A stretch of DNA of 64,000 nucleotides from Sphingobacteriales bacterium (GCA_027483645.1 JAIXUD010000010.1:1-64000), one strand, 5' to 3'. Positions 31,552 to 41,451 are shown, counted from the first letter of the stretch. Notes: generated by a model not told the origin, from the sequence alone. Made by a program: numbers and translations.

Positions 31552-33054
31552 CTATATCCCGAAAAGGAAATGGCCAAATAATAGCATAGTGCCTGTTATG
31601 ATGATGGCGCCTGCCAAGTCCAGTAAAAAACCTGCACGAGCCATTTCCCTAGTTGTTATCATTTCCGAACCGAATACGATGGTGTTGGGTGCGGTAGCAA
31701 CAGGAAGCATAAAGCCCAGTGATGCGGCGAATGTAGCAGGCAACATTAAATAAAGTGGGTTGATGCCCGACCCAACGGCGATTGCCGCCAAAATAGGCAG
31801 TACCAGAGTAACCGTAGCCACATTGCTGGCAAACTCACTCAACACGGTTACCAATACACAAATCAAAAGTATCATTGCCCACATAGGCAGCGCAGTAAGA
31901 AAAGTGATTTCGCCTGCAATCCATTCGGCCAAGCCCGATACCCCGAACCCTTCAGCCAAGGCAAACCCGCCACCGAACAATAGGATTACACTTAGCGGCA
32001 TTTTTTGCACCGTTTTCCAATCCATCAATGTGGATTTTTTGTCGTTTCTGGAAGGGATAATAAACAGCAAGCTGGCCATGGCAATGGCTACCGTGCCATC
32101 TAGAAAGTATCCTTTGTTATCGCCAAACAAACTGGCCCAGCCAGGAAAGTTGAAGTTCCCGAAATCGGCTTCGGCACGGGTAAACCACAGTAGTGCCGTA
32201 ATGCCAAAAACTAAGCTCACCATCTTTTCCTCATAAGTCATCTTGCCCAGAGAGGCATACTCCGTTTTAAAAATGTGCAAAGTTGCTTCGGGGTTTTCCA
32301 GTTTGGGTATTTTATGCTGCCAGCGTAAAATAAAATAGCAAGCAAAGAGCATCAAAAGTGAGGTAGGCACCCCATACATAAACCACTGCAAAAACGTAAC
32401 CTGTGGCTGATCGGGGAAAATGGCTTGATGCTGAGATACGAATATCATGTTGGTGGGCGTGCCTATCATGGTTGCCATACCGCCAATACTAGCCGCGTAG
32501 GCAATACCCAGTAAAAACGACTTAGCCACCGGCATCGCCCTATCGCCCAGCAAATCCTTCATTTTGGCAATCACCGCGAGGGTTGTGGGCACCATCATCA
32601 TCGTGGTAGCCGTGTTACTAATCCACATAGAAATGAAGTAGGTTGCCGCCATCATGCCCAGCAGCACCAGCTTTAAATCGGTACCGATAAAGAGGATGGT
32701 TTTGAGGGCGATGCGCCGGTGGAGGTCCCATTTTTCCATAGCGAAGGCCAAAATAAACCCGCCTATAAAGAGCATCAGCACATCGTTCATGTAAAGCGGG
32801 GCAACCGCTTTGGCACCCATGATGCCTAGTATCGGGAACAAAAACACAGGCAAGAAAGAAGTAACCGCCAGCGGCACGGCCTCGGTAATCCACCACACGG
32901 CCATCCAAATAGTAACCAACATCATTGCCGAAACCAAAGGTTCGGGCTGAACAACGCTCATGGCAGCATACGCGGCGCCACCCAACAAGGGCCCCGATAA
33001 AATCTTTATCCAACGGTTCATTGGGGCTAAAGATAAAAATATTTTGTTGCGCAC
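31552..33054 (-). CDS. DASS/SLC13 family anion (di/tricarboxylate or sulfate) symporter
   Basis: 500 aa, polytopic, with duplicated hairpin-loop regions typical of ArsB/NhaD-superfamily DASS transporters. Confidence 0.65.
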   Translation of the reverse strand: MRNKIFLSLAPMNRWIKILSGPLLGGAAYAAMSVVQPEPLVSAMMLVTIWMAVWWITEAVPLAVTSFLPVFLFPILGIMGAKAVAPLYMNDVLMLFIGGFILAFAMEKWDLHRRIALKTILFIGTDLKLVLLGMMAATYFISMWISNTATTMMMVPTTLAVIAKMKDLLGDRAMPVAKSFLLGIAYAASIGGMATMIGTPTNMIFVSQHQAIFPDQPQVTFLQWFMYGVPTSLLMLFACYFILRWQHKIPKLENPEATLHIFKTEYASLGKMTYEEKMVSLVFGITALLWFTRAEADFGNFNFPGWASLFGDNKGYFLDGTVAIAMASLLFIIPSRNDKKSTLMDWKTVQKMPLSVILLFGGGFALAEGFGVSGLAEWIAGEITFLTALPMWAMILLICVLVTVLSEFASNVATVTLVLPILAAIAVGSGINPLYLMLPATFAASLGFMLPVATAPNTIVFGSEMITTREMARAGFLLDLAGAIIITGTMLLFGHFLFGI

Positions 33055-33176
33055 TTCGGCTACGCTTCGTTTTGCAATAGTTGCTTCGATTTTCGTAATT
33101 AACCATTTACCAAGTAATCGATGAAAACAATATCATCACTACCTATTCGTCCTTTGAAAAGTATAACTTTGCACTT

Positions 33177-34064
33177 ATGCCAGCATCAGCCACTTTAAAG
33201 AAATCCGTAACCGTACAACCCGCGCCCGCCCAGTTCAATGTAGCCGCTATTGGCGAGGGCAGTTGCACGCTCACCTCCTATACCCGTCGGGATTTCTATA
33301 AAATAACCTTGGTGATAAAAGGCACCAGTTGCCTACAATATGCCAGTAGGGATATTGAGGTTGATAAATCGGCATTGGTGTTTAGCAACCCCATGGTGCC
33401 CTACTCGTGGGATAGTACTGGCGAACAGCCCACGGGGTACTTTTGTGTGTTTACGGAAGAGTTTTTACAAGCGGGCAACCGCATAGCAGGCCTGCAAGAC
33501 AATGCTCTGTTCAGGGCGGATGGCAACCCCGTTTACCTGCTGGATGATGCCCAGGTGGAATACCTGAGCAGCATTTTCGCCCGTATGCGCGCCGAGCTAG
33601 ATAGCGACTATATACACAAGCAGGAACTGTTGCGAAGCCACGTGCACCTAGTAATACACGAGGCGCTAAAGATGCAGCCCGCCATTGCCAACAACACCCC
33701 GCCCAATGCCGCGGCGCGCATTACCAAGATATTCCTCACGTTGCTAGAAAGGCAGTTTCCTGTGGACTCGCCGCAGCACCCGCTACTGCTAAAAAAGGCC
33801 AGCGACTATGCCCAGCGCCTTTCCGTACATGTAAACCATTTAAACGCCGCCGTGCACGAAGTAACGGGCAAATCGACTACTGCGCACATCAACGAGCGCA
33901 TTGTTGCCGAGGCTAAATCGTTGCTAATCCATACTGATTGGAGCGCAGCTGAGATAGCCTTTAGCCTTGGTTTTGAGTATGCCTCTTACTTCAACAACTT
34001 CTTCAAAAAACATACAGGCAATACGCCTCTGCAAGCACGAAACGGTAAATTGGCCGATATTTGA
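33177..34064 (+). CDS. AraC-family transcriptional regulator
   Basis: C-terminal double HTH (…AAEIAFSLGFEYASYFNNFFKKHTGNTP) and an N-terminal cupin-like sensing domain. Confidence 0.8.
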   Translation: MPASATLKKSVTVQPAPAQFNVAAIGEGSCTLTSYTRRDFYKITLVIKGTSCLQYASRDIEVDKSALVFSNPMVPYSWDSTGEQPTGYFCVFTEEFLQAGNRIAGLQDNALFRADGNPVYLLDDAQVEYLSSIFARMRAELDSDYIHKQELLRSHVHLVIHEALKMQPAIANNTPPNAAARITKIFLTLLERQFPVDSPQHPLLLKKASDYAQRLSVHVNHLNAAVHEVTGKSTTAHINERIVAEAKSLLIHTDWSAAEIAFSLGFEYASYFNNFFKKHTGNTPLQARNGKLADI

Positions 34065-34152
34065 ATTGTGTAACAATCGCTTTGATTTGTACAATCGGTT
34101 GGCGGATATTAAGGCTACCTTTGTTTCATACAAAAAACAAGGAGAGCCCAAC

Positions 34153-34857
34153 ATGGATATCAAAAACGCAAAAGTTTTAATTACGGGCGGTAGCTCGGGT
34201 ATCGGTTACGAAACCGCCAAGCTATTGCGCTCGCAAGGTGCGCAAGTGGTAATATGCGGCCGCAACGAAGCCACCATACAAAAGGCAGCAAAAGAACTGG
34301 ATGTGCATGGCATACAAGCCGATGTTGCCAGCGATGCGGACGTGGAGAAGCTGTTTGCTTTTGCCATCGAAACATTGGATGGGCTGGATGTGCTAGTCAA
34401 CAATGCGGGTATTGGCTACTTTGGTAGCTTGGTAAATACCGGCACAGAAGATTTTACCCGCATTTGGGAAGTGAACGTGAGGGGAGCCTTCTTGTGTGGC
34501 AAGGCTGCGGCCAAGCATTTTATCGCCCAAAACAAGGGTAACATCATCAATATTGCTTCCACCGCAGGCTCTAGGGGTTTTGCCAATGGCTCGGCTTACG
34601 TGGCCAGCAAGTTTGCGCTAACGGGCCTTACCGAATGCTGGCGTGCAGAATTGCGCAAGCACAACATACGGGTAATGCAGGTAAACCCCAGTGAAGTAAT
34701 TACCGATTTCGGCAACAAGCTGGGCCAAGAACAAACCAAACTTGAGAGTAAACTAAAGCCTACCGAAATAGCGCATGTGATTGCGGCAATGCTTACCATG
34801 AATGAGGTGGGCTTTATACCCGAAGCCACCGTATGGGCTACCAATCCATTATCTTAA
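34153..34857 (+). CDS. Short-chain dehydrogenase/reductase (SDR)
   Basis: TGGSSGIG cofactor motif and NNAG; catalytic Y-x3-K (YVASK). Start at the internal ATG, not the longer ORF. Confidence 0.85.
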   Translation: MDIKNAKVLITGGSSGIGYETAKLLRSQGAQVVICGRNEATIQKAAKELDVHGIQADVASDADVEKLFAFAIETLDGLDVLVNNAGIGYFGSLVNTGTEDFTRIWEVNVRGAFLCGKAAAKHFIAQNKGNIINIASTAGSRGFANGSAYVASKFALTGLTECWRAELRKHNIRVMQVNPSEVITDFGNKLGQEQTKLESKLKPTEIAHVIAAMLTMNEVGFIPEATVWATNPLS

Positions 34858-34878
34858 TCCGCTAAAATAAACTTTACC

Positions 34879-35889
34879 ATGAGTACTACAAATAGAACAA
34901 AACTGGGCAGCCAAGGGCTGGAAGTACCCCTGCAAGGCCTTGGCTGCATGGGCATGACCACGATTGCTGGCGGTAATGTATACGGCCAAGCCGATGAACA
35001 GGAATCCATAGCCACCATACACCGCGCTCTAGAGTTGGGCATCAACTTTTTAGACACCGCCGACCTATACGGCCCGCTGCTGAATGAACGCCTGATTGCG
35101 AAAGCCATTAAGGGCAACCGCGAGAAGTACACCATCGCCACTAAGTTTGGCTTTGAGGTGGATGATAACGAGCAGCTTACTTGGGCCATCAACGGCAACC
35201 CGGAGTATGTTCGCAAAGCCGTGGAGCGCTCCCTAAAAAATCTCGGCACCGATTATATTGACCTTTATTATCTGCATAGGCAAGACCCTAACGTGCCAAT
35301 TGAAGATACGGTAGGGGCAATGGCCGATATGGTGAAAGAAGGCAAAGTGAAGTACATCGGATTATCAGAAGTGTCGCCAGAAACGATACGTAAGGCACAT
35401 GCTATACATCCGCTTACCGCCGTGCAAACAGAGTACTCGCTCTTCGAGCGTGAGCCTGAAGCCAATGGGGTAATAGAGGTATTGAAGGAGCTGGGCATTG
35501 GCTTTATCGCTTACTCGCCGCTGGGCAGGGGCTTTATTACCGGCGAACTGAAAAGCCCGGATGATTTCGCCGAAAATGATTTCCGCCGAGGCATTCCGCG
35601 CTTTCAAGGCGAGAACTTTTACAAGAACCTTGACTTGCTGAAACAGATACAAACCTTGGCAGCAAAAAAAGGCATCTCTGCTGGCCAATTAGCCTTGGCT
35701 TGGGTGATAGCCCAAGGCGCTGTGCCCATCCCTGGTACCAAGCGTGTGAGCCGCATTGAGGAAAACGCCGCAGCAAGCAACGTGGTATTTACCGCCGAAG
35801 AAAAAGCATCTTTGGAGTCCATCATACCCGTTGGCATTACCGCCGGCAACCGCTACGATGAGTGGGGTATGGGTTTAGTGAATCAGTAA
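34879..35889 (+). CDS. Aldo/keto reductase
   Basis: 336 aa; AKR motifs (LGCMGM, IDLYYLHRQD, IGLSEV). Confidence 0.85.
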   Translation: MSTTNRTKLGSQGLEVPLQGLGCMGMTTIAGGNVYGQADEQESIATIHRALELGINFLDTADLYGPLLNERLIAKAIKGNREKYTIATKFGFEVDDNEQLTWAINGNPEYVRKAVERSLKNLGTDYIDLYYLHRQDPNVPIEDTVGAMADMVKEGKVKYIGLSEVSPETIRKAHAIHPLTAVQTEYSLFEREPEANGVIEVLKELGIGFIAYSPLGRGFITGELKSPDDFAENDFRRGIPRFQGENFYKNLDLLKQIQTLAAKKGISAGQLALAWVIAQGAVPIPGTKRVSRIEENAAASNVVFTAEEKASLESIIPVGITAGNRYDEWGMGLVNQ

Positions 35890-35917
35890 GCGGTTTGTTG
35901 ATAATATTTTTTGGAAA

Positions 35918-35950
35918 GAAGGACGGCTGTGAGGTCGTCCTTTTTTTATG
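35918..35950 (+). terminator. Rho-independent terminator
   Basis: aaggacg-gctgtgag-gtcgtcc followed by ttttttt. Confidence 0.75.
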
Positions 35951-35999
35951 TTTACAGAAGCAGGATTTATGAGATAATTTTAGCCATACGAAGGTGCTA

Positions 36000-36821
36000 T
36001 TAGAACAGTAGCCCTTGAGAAATATGTTTTGGATGGAAAGTTCCTATTATTACAAAAGGATTAAGTGCTTTCCGTCTATGAAACTCAAGAGTAGTACCTA
36101 AGTAAAAATGTAAATCCTTTGTTTTGGCAAAATCCTCGAAATATTTCTTCCTTACCATTTCACATGCTTTTGCCTCATTTCCATTTGCACGGTAAAAACA
36201 ACTCCAAAACAGTTGACCAACTTCCCAATCTTCAATCATCAAAGTACTTCTGGTATTTGTTTCATCTTCGAAAGTAAACGAAAATTTATAAGGCAGTTTT
36301 CTTACAATTTCTAACCGATTATTGTCTTGTACATTTTCAAACAGGTTGATTTGCTTTAGTGATTCGAGTTTGTCTGCAGACCAATCTCTTTCAACTTCTT
36401 CCCAACTAAAATCTATAATTTTTGTAGGCTTAAAGACAGCTAACGAGGTCGTGATATTTGTATCAAGGGATTCGGCAATAAGCGCTTTCAAATTTCGATG
36501 GATTGTTTTCAACACTATTTTCCTTCGATCATGCCAAGCGTCTCCATCAGCAGCAATATCACTTAAAACTTTGATTTTTGCCTCATGAGAAGCTGGGCGG
36601 AAACTTTCGGGTCGAAAATCTTTTTCATTTTTAACCAAATCAATTTCTATCCATTGGTATTTCTTGTACTGCTCATGATAAGGGCGTTTTCTAAACTGAA
36701 TAGGGTAAATTCTAATCCAGCTTCCATCCTCTCGAAACCCAGCAGTACAAACTAATTCTGAATGTTTTTTTGAAATAGTAGGATAGGTTTTTACCGTAAT
36801 TAAAACCTTAGTTAGCGTCAT
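36000..36821 (-). CDS. Hypothetical protein, translationally coupled partner of the Panacea-DUF488 gene (candidate toxin/effector)
   Basis: 273 aa, no recognisable domain. Shares one nucleotide (36821) with the upstream gene. AT-rich relative to flanks. Confidence 0.5.
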   Translation of the reverse strand: MTLTKVLITVKTYPTISKKHSELVCTAGFREDGSWIRIYPIQFRKRPYHEQYKKYQWIEIDLVKNEKDFRPESFRPASHEAKIKVLSDIAADGDAWHDRRKIVLKTIHRNLKALIAESLDTNITTSLAVFKPTKIIDFSWEEVERDWSADKLESLKQINLFENVQDNNRLEIVRKLPYKFSFTFEDETNTRSTLMIEDWEVGQLFWSCFYRANGNEAKACEMVRKKYFEDFAKTKDLHFYLGTTLEFHRRKALNPFVIIGTFHPKHISQGLLF

Positions 36822-37723
36822 TAAATATGCTTTATCTCATAATTAAACCCAGGTAGGTTTCCTATTGATTCAGCTAAAGGTTTGCGATGACATTGGCAAA
36901 TATTCGCTTCAAAACAAGTTATTGCTACCCTATTGTACTTATGTAGCAAGTTTAATATTTTTTCTTGGAATTCTGTTGTGTTTTTTAAACTTTCATTTTT
37001 ATACCCTTCAAAAAGAGTATCATAGTCTTGTTGGGTACTTAATGTCTGCCTTTCATCAGAATTAATTCCAAGCTCTGGTATATGAATAAACTTAATTCCT
37101 ACACCTTCACAAGCGTTCAACAATTGTGATTTGCTAAACCCATATTTCATGCTGAATGAGTTTTTCCTAACATCACAAAGCACCTTTACGTCATTTCGTA
37201 TTAGCTTATTTAAATAAGATTCCAATGAAAGGCCCTCATATCCAATAGTAAAAAGGACTTTTTCATTCGATGTTGGTCGGAGGGAATTAACTTTCGCTAT
37301 TTCTTCTACATTCAATACTTGACTAAGTATTGTACTATTGATTGCGTAGTATGGATAGCGTTTATAGGTTAATTTTACTAAGTCGGTACCTGTTTTTGCT
37401 TTGTAATAAATTTTAATATCCGACAAGTGTTTTTGATCTTCCTTCTTTAATCCCCTTATATAGTCCAATGGGTCAGTTTTTACCCAACCTTGTTCAGTTT
37501 CCTGAACTTGTCCATATTTAGTCATCGTACCCAAATCGGCGTTAGCTTGAAAAGAATAACATCCGAATTTATATGGCACAAAATGGTATGAAGGCTCCTT
37601 CTGACCATTTGATAAAAGGAAAAGCAGCTTTTGCAATTGTACCTTTTCAAGCTTGTTGTCAAATGCTTGTAAAAGGGCTAAAAGTACTTTTCTTCTGTAA
37701 AACATTATGTAAAGATACTTCAT
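36821..37723 (-). CDS. Panacea (DUF4065)-like N-terminal domain fused to C-terminal DUF488 domain
   Basis: N-terminus LEKVQLQKLLFLLS...FVPYKFGCYS resembles the DUF4065/Panacea core (L-KLQKLLY...W-YGPV). C-terminus has DUF488 hallmarks TIGYEG and C-x5-CHR (ITCFEANICQCHRKP). Confidence 0.55.
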   Translation of the reverse strand: MKYLYIMFYRRKVLLALLQAFDNKLEKVQLQKLLFLLSNGQKEPSYHFVPYKFGCYSFQANADLGTMTKYGQVQETEQGWVKTDPLDYIRGLKKEDQKHLSDIKIYYKAKTGTDLVKLTYKRYPYYAINSTILSQVLNVEEIAKVNSLRPTSNEKVLFTIGYEGLSLESYLNKLIRNDVKVLCDVRKNSFSMKYGFSKSQLLNACEGVGIKFIHIPELGINSDERQTLSTQQDYDTLFEGYKNESLKNTTEFQEKILNLLHKYNRVAITCFEANICQCHRKPLAESIGNLPGFNYEIKHI

Positions 37724-37850
37724 GAATCCATGAAAGTCTAAATCAATATCCCCAATATGTTAACATGGTTGTACCAAAGGCTGGTCAAATGTCATTTTAT
37801 TCAGTAGAGGTTGATTCAGTTTTTCCAGTAACCAACCAACCAATAACTAA

Positions 37851-38013
37851 TCACCCCTTCTTAGGGCATTTCTTGCACGACTCGTTGCCTTTCTTTTTGT
37901 ACTTCTGGCAGCACTCTTTTTTGACCACACAGCAACAGCTCGCACATGGCGATAACCTGCTTCGGCTCTAGGAGCTCTTCTATAACTTGCTGACGAACTA
38001 AGATTTGTTTCAT
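37851..38013 (-). pseudogene. Cys/Lys-rich small-peptide gene, copy 1, frameshifted in an A-run relative to copy 2
   Basis: Frame 0 gives MKQILVRQQVIEELLEPKQVIAMCELLLCG; a +1 shift in the A6 run is needed to read the conserved tail KKECCQKYKKKGNESCKKCPKKG. About 80% nt identity to 40959-41120, with substitutions mostly at third codon positions. Confidence 0.45.
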
Positions 38014-38207
38014 GTATCAAGATTGGTGGGCTTACAAAAACGCAAAAATAGGAGTTAGGTCGGATTGTTTGATACAGTGAATGCCCTGTCTTTAATACTT
38101 TGCCCACTTTATATTAGCAGCGAATAGGTACTCTTGCTAATGCCGCTTGCTTATATCGCCTTTTCTGAAATTTTTCATACATTTACGCCCCTCAACTATT
38201 TACTACT

Positions 38208-39839
38208 ATGGCTGATCTGTTTAGAAAGAAATCCATCGAGCACCTGATGAAGGAAGCCGAGCCTGGCGAACATACGCTTAAGCGCACGCTTGGGCCTTGG
38301 GCGCTAATTGCCATCGGTATTGGTGCCATCATTGGTGCAGGCTTGTTTGTACAAACGGCCAATGCCGCTGCCAGCCATGCCGGCCCTGCGGTTACCATTG
38401 CCTTTGTACTGGCCGGTTTGGGCTGTGCGTTTGCTGGCCTTTGCTATGCAGAGTTTGCCTCTATCATCCCTATTGCCGGTAGTGCCTACACGTACAGCTA
38501 TGCCACTATGGGCGAGTTTGTGGCTTGGATTATCGGGTGGGATTTGGTGCTGGAGTATGCCATTGGCGCTGCTACTGTAAGTATTGCATGGAGCGAGTAC
38601 CTAAATAAGCTGCTAAGCTATTTCGGCGTTGAAATACCCTATGCCTGGTGCCACTCGCCATTTGAGCACGTCAATGCTGTACTGGGGCCAAACATTGCCC
38701 AGTTCCCCGCTGAACTGGCTTCAACCGCTAAGGAAGGTATGTTATTGTTGCGCGATGACCAACTAGCTGCCTTGCCTGCCAATCTACAAGGCTTGGTAGA
38801 AACCTCGCAAGGCATGATAAATTTGCCTGCCCTGTTTATCCTTTTAGCACTCACGCTATTGCTTATTCGTGGCATGCAAGAGTCGGCTTTTGTAAACGGA
38901 TTGATAGTAGTTGCCAAGGTATCGGTAGTTATTTTATTTATCGTATTGGGTTGGTCATACATCAACCCGGTTAACCATGCCGAGTACATCCCTGCTGCTA
39001 CTACCTTCACCACTACCGATGGGGTTGCACATGCCTTTGGGGGGTTCTGGGGTATTATTGGTGCCGCAGGTGTTGTATTCTTTGCTTTTATCGGTTTCGA
39101 TGCCGTATCTACCACAGCTCAAGAAGCTAAAAACCCAGGCCGCGATATGCCAATCGGTATCCTAGGTTCTTTGGCTGTTTGTACCGTTTTGTATATCCTT
39201 TTTGCCCACGTACTTACTGGCGTAGCAAGTGTTGAAGATTTCCGTACTAATGGTAAGGAAGCCTCGGTGGCTTTTGCAATACAGCACTACATGCCGGGCT
39301 ACGATTGGTTAGCTAAGGGCGTAACGGTGGCCATTTTGGCCGGTTTCTCTTCGGTAATATTGGTAATGTTGATGGGCCAGTCGCGCGTGTTCTACTCCAT
39401 GAGCCGCGATGGTTTGGTACCAAAAGTGTTCTCTGATATCCACCCTAAATTCAAAACCCCGCACAAATCCAATTGGATATTCTTGGTATTCGTAGGTGCT
39501 TTTGCGGCTTTTGTACCTGGTAGTATTGTGGGCGAAATGACCAGTATTGGTACCTTATTTGCCTTTATGCTGGTATGTGCCGGAGTATGGATTTTGCGCG
39601 TGAAACATCCTAACCTACCTCGCAAATTCAAAACCCCGCTGGTGCCATTGGTGCCCATCTTGGGTATTTTGGCTTGTGGCGTAATGATTTACGGCCTTGG
39701 CTGGACTAACTGGATGCGACTACTTGTATGGCTCGCCATTGGAGTGGTTATCTATTTTATATACGGTATACGCAAGAGCAAGCTGGGTAAAGGAAATGAG
39801 GCTTCGGTCGATAAACTGGACCTGCCCACGCCTGAGTAA
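38208..39839 (+). CDS. Amino acid permease (APC superfamily)
   Basis: 543 aa, 12 or more TM helices, APC-type N-terminus (…WALIAIGIGAIIGAGLFV). Confidence 0.85.
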   Translation: MADLFRKKSIEHLMKEAEPGEHTLKRTLGPWALIAIGIGAIIGAGLFVQTANAAASHAGPAVTIAFVLAGLGCAFAGLCYAEFASIIPIAGSAYTYSYATMGEFVAWIIGWDLVLEYAIGAATVSIAWSEYLNKLLSYFGVEIPYAWCHSPFEHVNAVLGPNIAQFPAELASTAKEGMLLLRDDQLAALPANLQGLVETSQGMINLPALFILLALTLLLIRGMQESAFVNGLIVVAKVSVVILFIVLGWSYINPVNHAEYIPAATTFTTTDGVAHAFGGFWGIIGAAGVVFFAFIGFDAVSTTAQEAKNPGRDMPIGILGSLAVCTVLYILFAHVLTGVASVEDFRTNGKEASVAFAIQHYMPGYDWLAKGVTVAILAGFSSVILVMLMGQSRVFYSMSRDGLVPKVFSDIHPKFKTPHKSNWIFLVFVGAFAAFVPGSIVGEMTSIGTLFAFMLVCAGVWILRVKHPNLPRKFKTPLVPLVPILGILACGVMIYGLGWTNWMRLLVWLAIGVVIYFIYGIRKSKLGKGNEASVDKLDLPTPE

Positions 39840-39860
39840 TAGCCAGTTAAATTGAACATA

Positions 39861-39900
39861 AAAAATCCCGCCTAGCAATGCGCTTGGCGGGATTTTTTAT
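39861..39900. terminator. Bidirectional rho-independent terminator
   Basis: aaaaa-atcccgcc-tagcaatgcgctt-ggcgggat-tttttat. Confidence 0.8.
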
Positions 39901-39924
39901 ATTAAAAGATATGGCATCTTAACG

Positions 39925-40701
39925 TTATCCCATACCCTTTGCATCAATTATAGCAAAGCTCTTTTCGCCTATTGATAGAAAATATCCATTCGGTAAGCCT
40001 ACCAACCCTGGTGCATAATGGCTAAACATGGTTACGGTATCTGTAGTCCTATTCCAACAAAAGAAATCTGTTTTGTGATGGTAGCTGGCGTGAAAGAAGA
40101 TTTGATTGGCGTTACTTGAAATTGCAGAGGCACCAACAAAGGCTTCAGGAGTATCGGTGCCAGTAACTTCAAAAGTATCCAAATTTAATTCATACAAAAT
40201 GAAATCGGTATAGGTATATAACAGCACACGGTTTGTACCATGCTTGCACATGCAATAGCAGTCCAAAACATAAGGTTGTTTGTAAGTATCGTTTAATCCG
40301 AATAGTAGCTTCCCGTCCAAGTCAAAAACCGCCACTCCACTATTGTTAGGGCCAGTCATCCCCATTACGCCTTCATCAAAATAGCTTACTACAATTTTGT
40401 TGCGATGCACCAAAACATCTTGCACACCGTCGCCGACAAGGAAAGAGTACAATAATTGCCCTTCCAAGTTAAAAACATGCGCATTCTCTGGTCCCTTTGT
40501 ACGGGCGGCAATCACTAAGATACGGTGGTCTTCTAATCTTCTAATAATCGGAAATGTGATAGCAAATGGTAACTTAACATGACCGTAATTGCTAAATACA
40601 TTTAGCTCATTCGTCAAGGCTAAATAGTTACCTGCAATATCGGAATCAACATCCAATAATGTTTCGATACCAATATCGAGATCAAAAACAGTAACTTCCA
40701 T
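39925..40701 (-). CDS. Hypothetical protein
   Basis: 258 aa, repetitive beta-rich composition, no recognisable motif. Confidence 0.45.
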   Translation of the reverse strand: MEVTVFDLDIGIETLLDVDSDIAGNYLALTNELNVFSNYGHVKLPFAITFPIIRRLEDHRILVIAARTKGPENAHVFNLEGQLLYSFLVGDGVQDVLVHRNKIVVSYFDEGVMGMTGPNNSGVAVFDLDGKLLFGLNDTYKQPYVLDCYCMCKHGTNRVLLYTYTDFILYELNLDTFEVTGTDTPEAFVGASAISSNANQIFFHASYHHKTDFFCWNRTTDTVTMFSHYAPGLVGLPNGYFLSIGEKSFAIIDAKGMG

Positions 40702-40798
40702 ATCAAATCCAAAATAATTAGGCTGATTGTAATGACGTGTAAATTTGCCAAAAACTAGTTAAATAACAAGTATTACCAAGATAGAGGTAGGGGTAAAT

Positions 40799-40831
40799 GA
40801 ATTCGGCAATTCTGAAAATTCTGATTCAGAC
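40799..40831. repeat. Partial copy of the 18158-18251 MITE-like element
   Basis: gaattcggcaattctgaaaattctgattcagac matches the right half of the 18-kb element. Confidence 0.5.
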
Positions 40832-40958
40832 ATAATCGTAACAGCATCACTATATCGCCCGAAGGTCCCTCGTGAAAAACTCGGGATGACAAAACGTGTT
40901 AAGCCTTATTAATAACCAACCGTGGACCATCGACTGTGGGCCGTCAACCAATAACAAT

Positions 40959-41120
40959 CTATCCCTTTTTCGGGCATTTCTTGCAAGGCTCTTTGCCTTT
41001 CTTCTTGTACTTCTGGCAGCATTCCTTTTTGGCGCACTGCAACAACTCGCACATGGAGATGCCTTGCTTCGGCTCTGGGAGGCCTTCTATAATCTGCTGT
41101 CGTACTAAGGTTTGGTTCAT
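40959..41120 (-). CDS. Cys/Lys-rich small peptide (53 aa), copy 2 (intact)
   Basis: MNQTLVRQQIIEGLPEPKQGISMCELLQCAKKECCQKYKKKGKEPCKKCPKKG. Paralogous to 37851-38013, with conservation biased to codon positions 1 and 2. Confidence 0.5.
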   Translation of the reverse strand: MNQTLVRQQIIEGLPEPKQGISMCELLQCAKKECCQKYKKKGKEPCKKCPKKG

Positions 41121-41451
41121 GTGGAAAGAATGATGATAACTCTTCGCAAAACTATACCTTGTTTAGACGCAATCCAAATAACTTTACACTCCATTTTGGC
41201 TTTCACCTGTTTAGGTGAGGGTTTGGAAAGCACAAGAAATCGATGGCATTTTTTTGCACACAATGAACATTCATTTTGTGGGGAACTAATGGGTTCATTT
41301 CTTGTAATCGGTAAAGATGAAGTGTAACTTGAAATCACATTTCGGGTCTATACCAAGGAATGATTCATCCAATATTTACGTTGAAAATAAGCTAGCCATG
41401 TTGAAAGATGCCGACACCTTGGTGGTAACCGCCGCCGAAACCACCAGTACT

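Noticed and set aside
37847-38107. 86-aa ORF on the minus strand from the track
   Set aside because: It reads the small-peptide locus in the wrong frame. The conserved reading frame, shared with the copy at 40959-41120, is the 53-aa Cys/Lys-rich peptide.
41100-41450. Cobalamin riboswitch upstream of nrdJ
   Set aside because: I found no B12-box or the expected conserved stems by eye, so this is left as uncertain and not called.
41317-41451. N-terminal 45-aa extension of the nrdJ ORF
   Set aside because: The extension is not RNR-like. The conserved N-terminus begins at the internal Met (MKTTKGVKTYTYEE).
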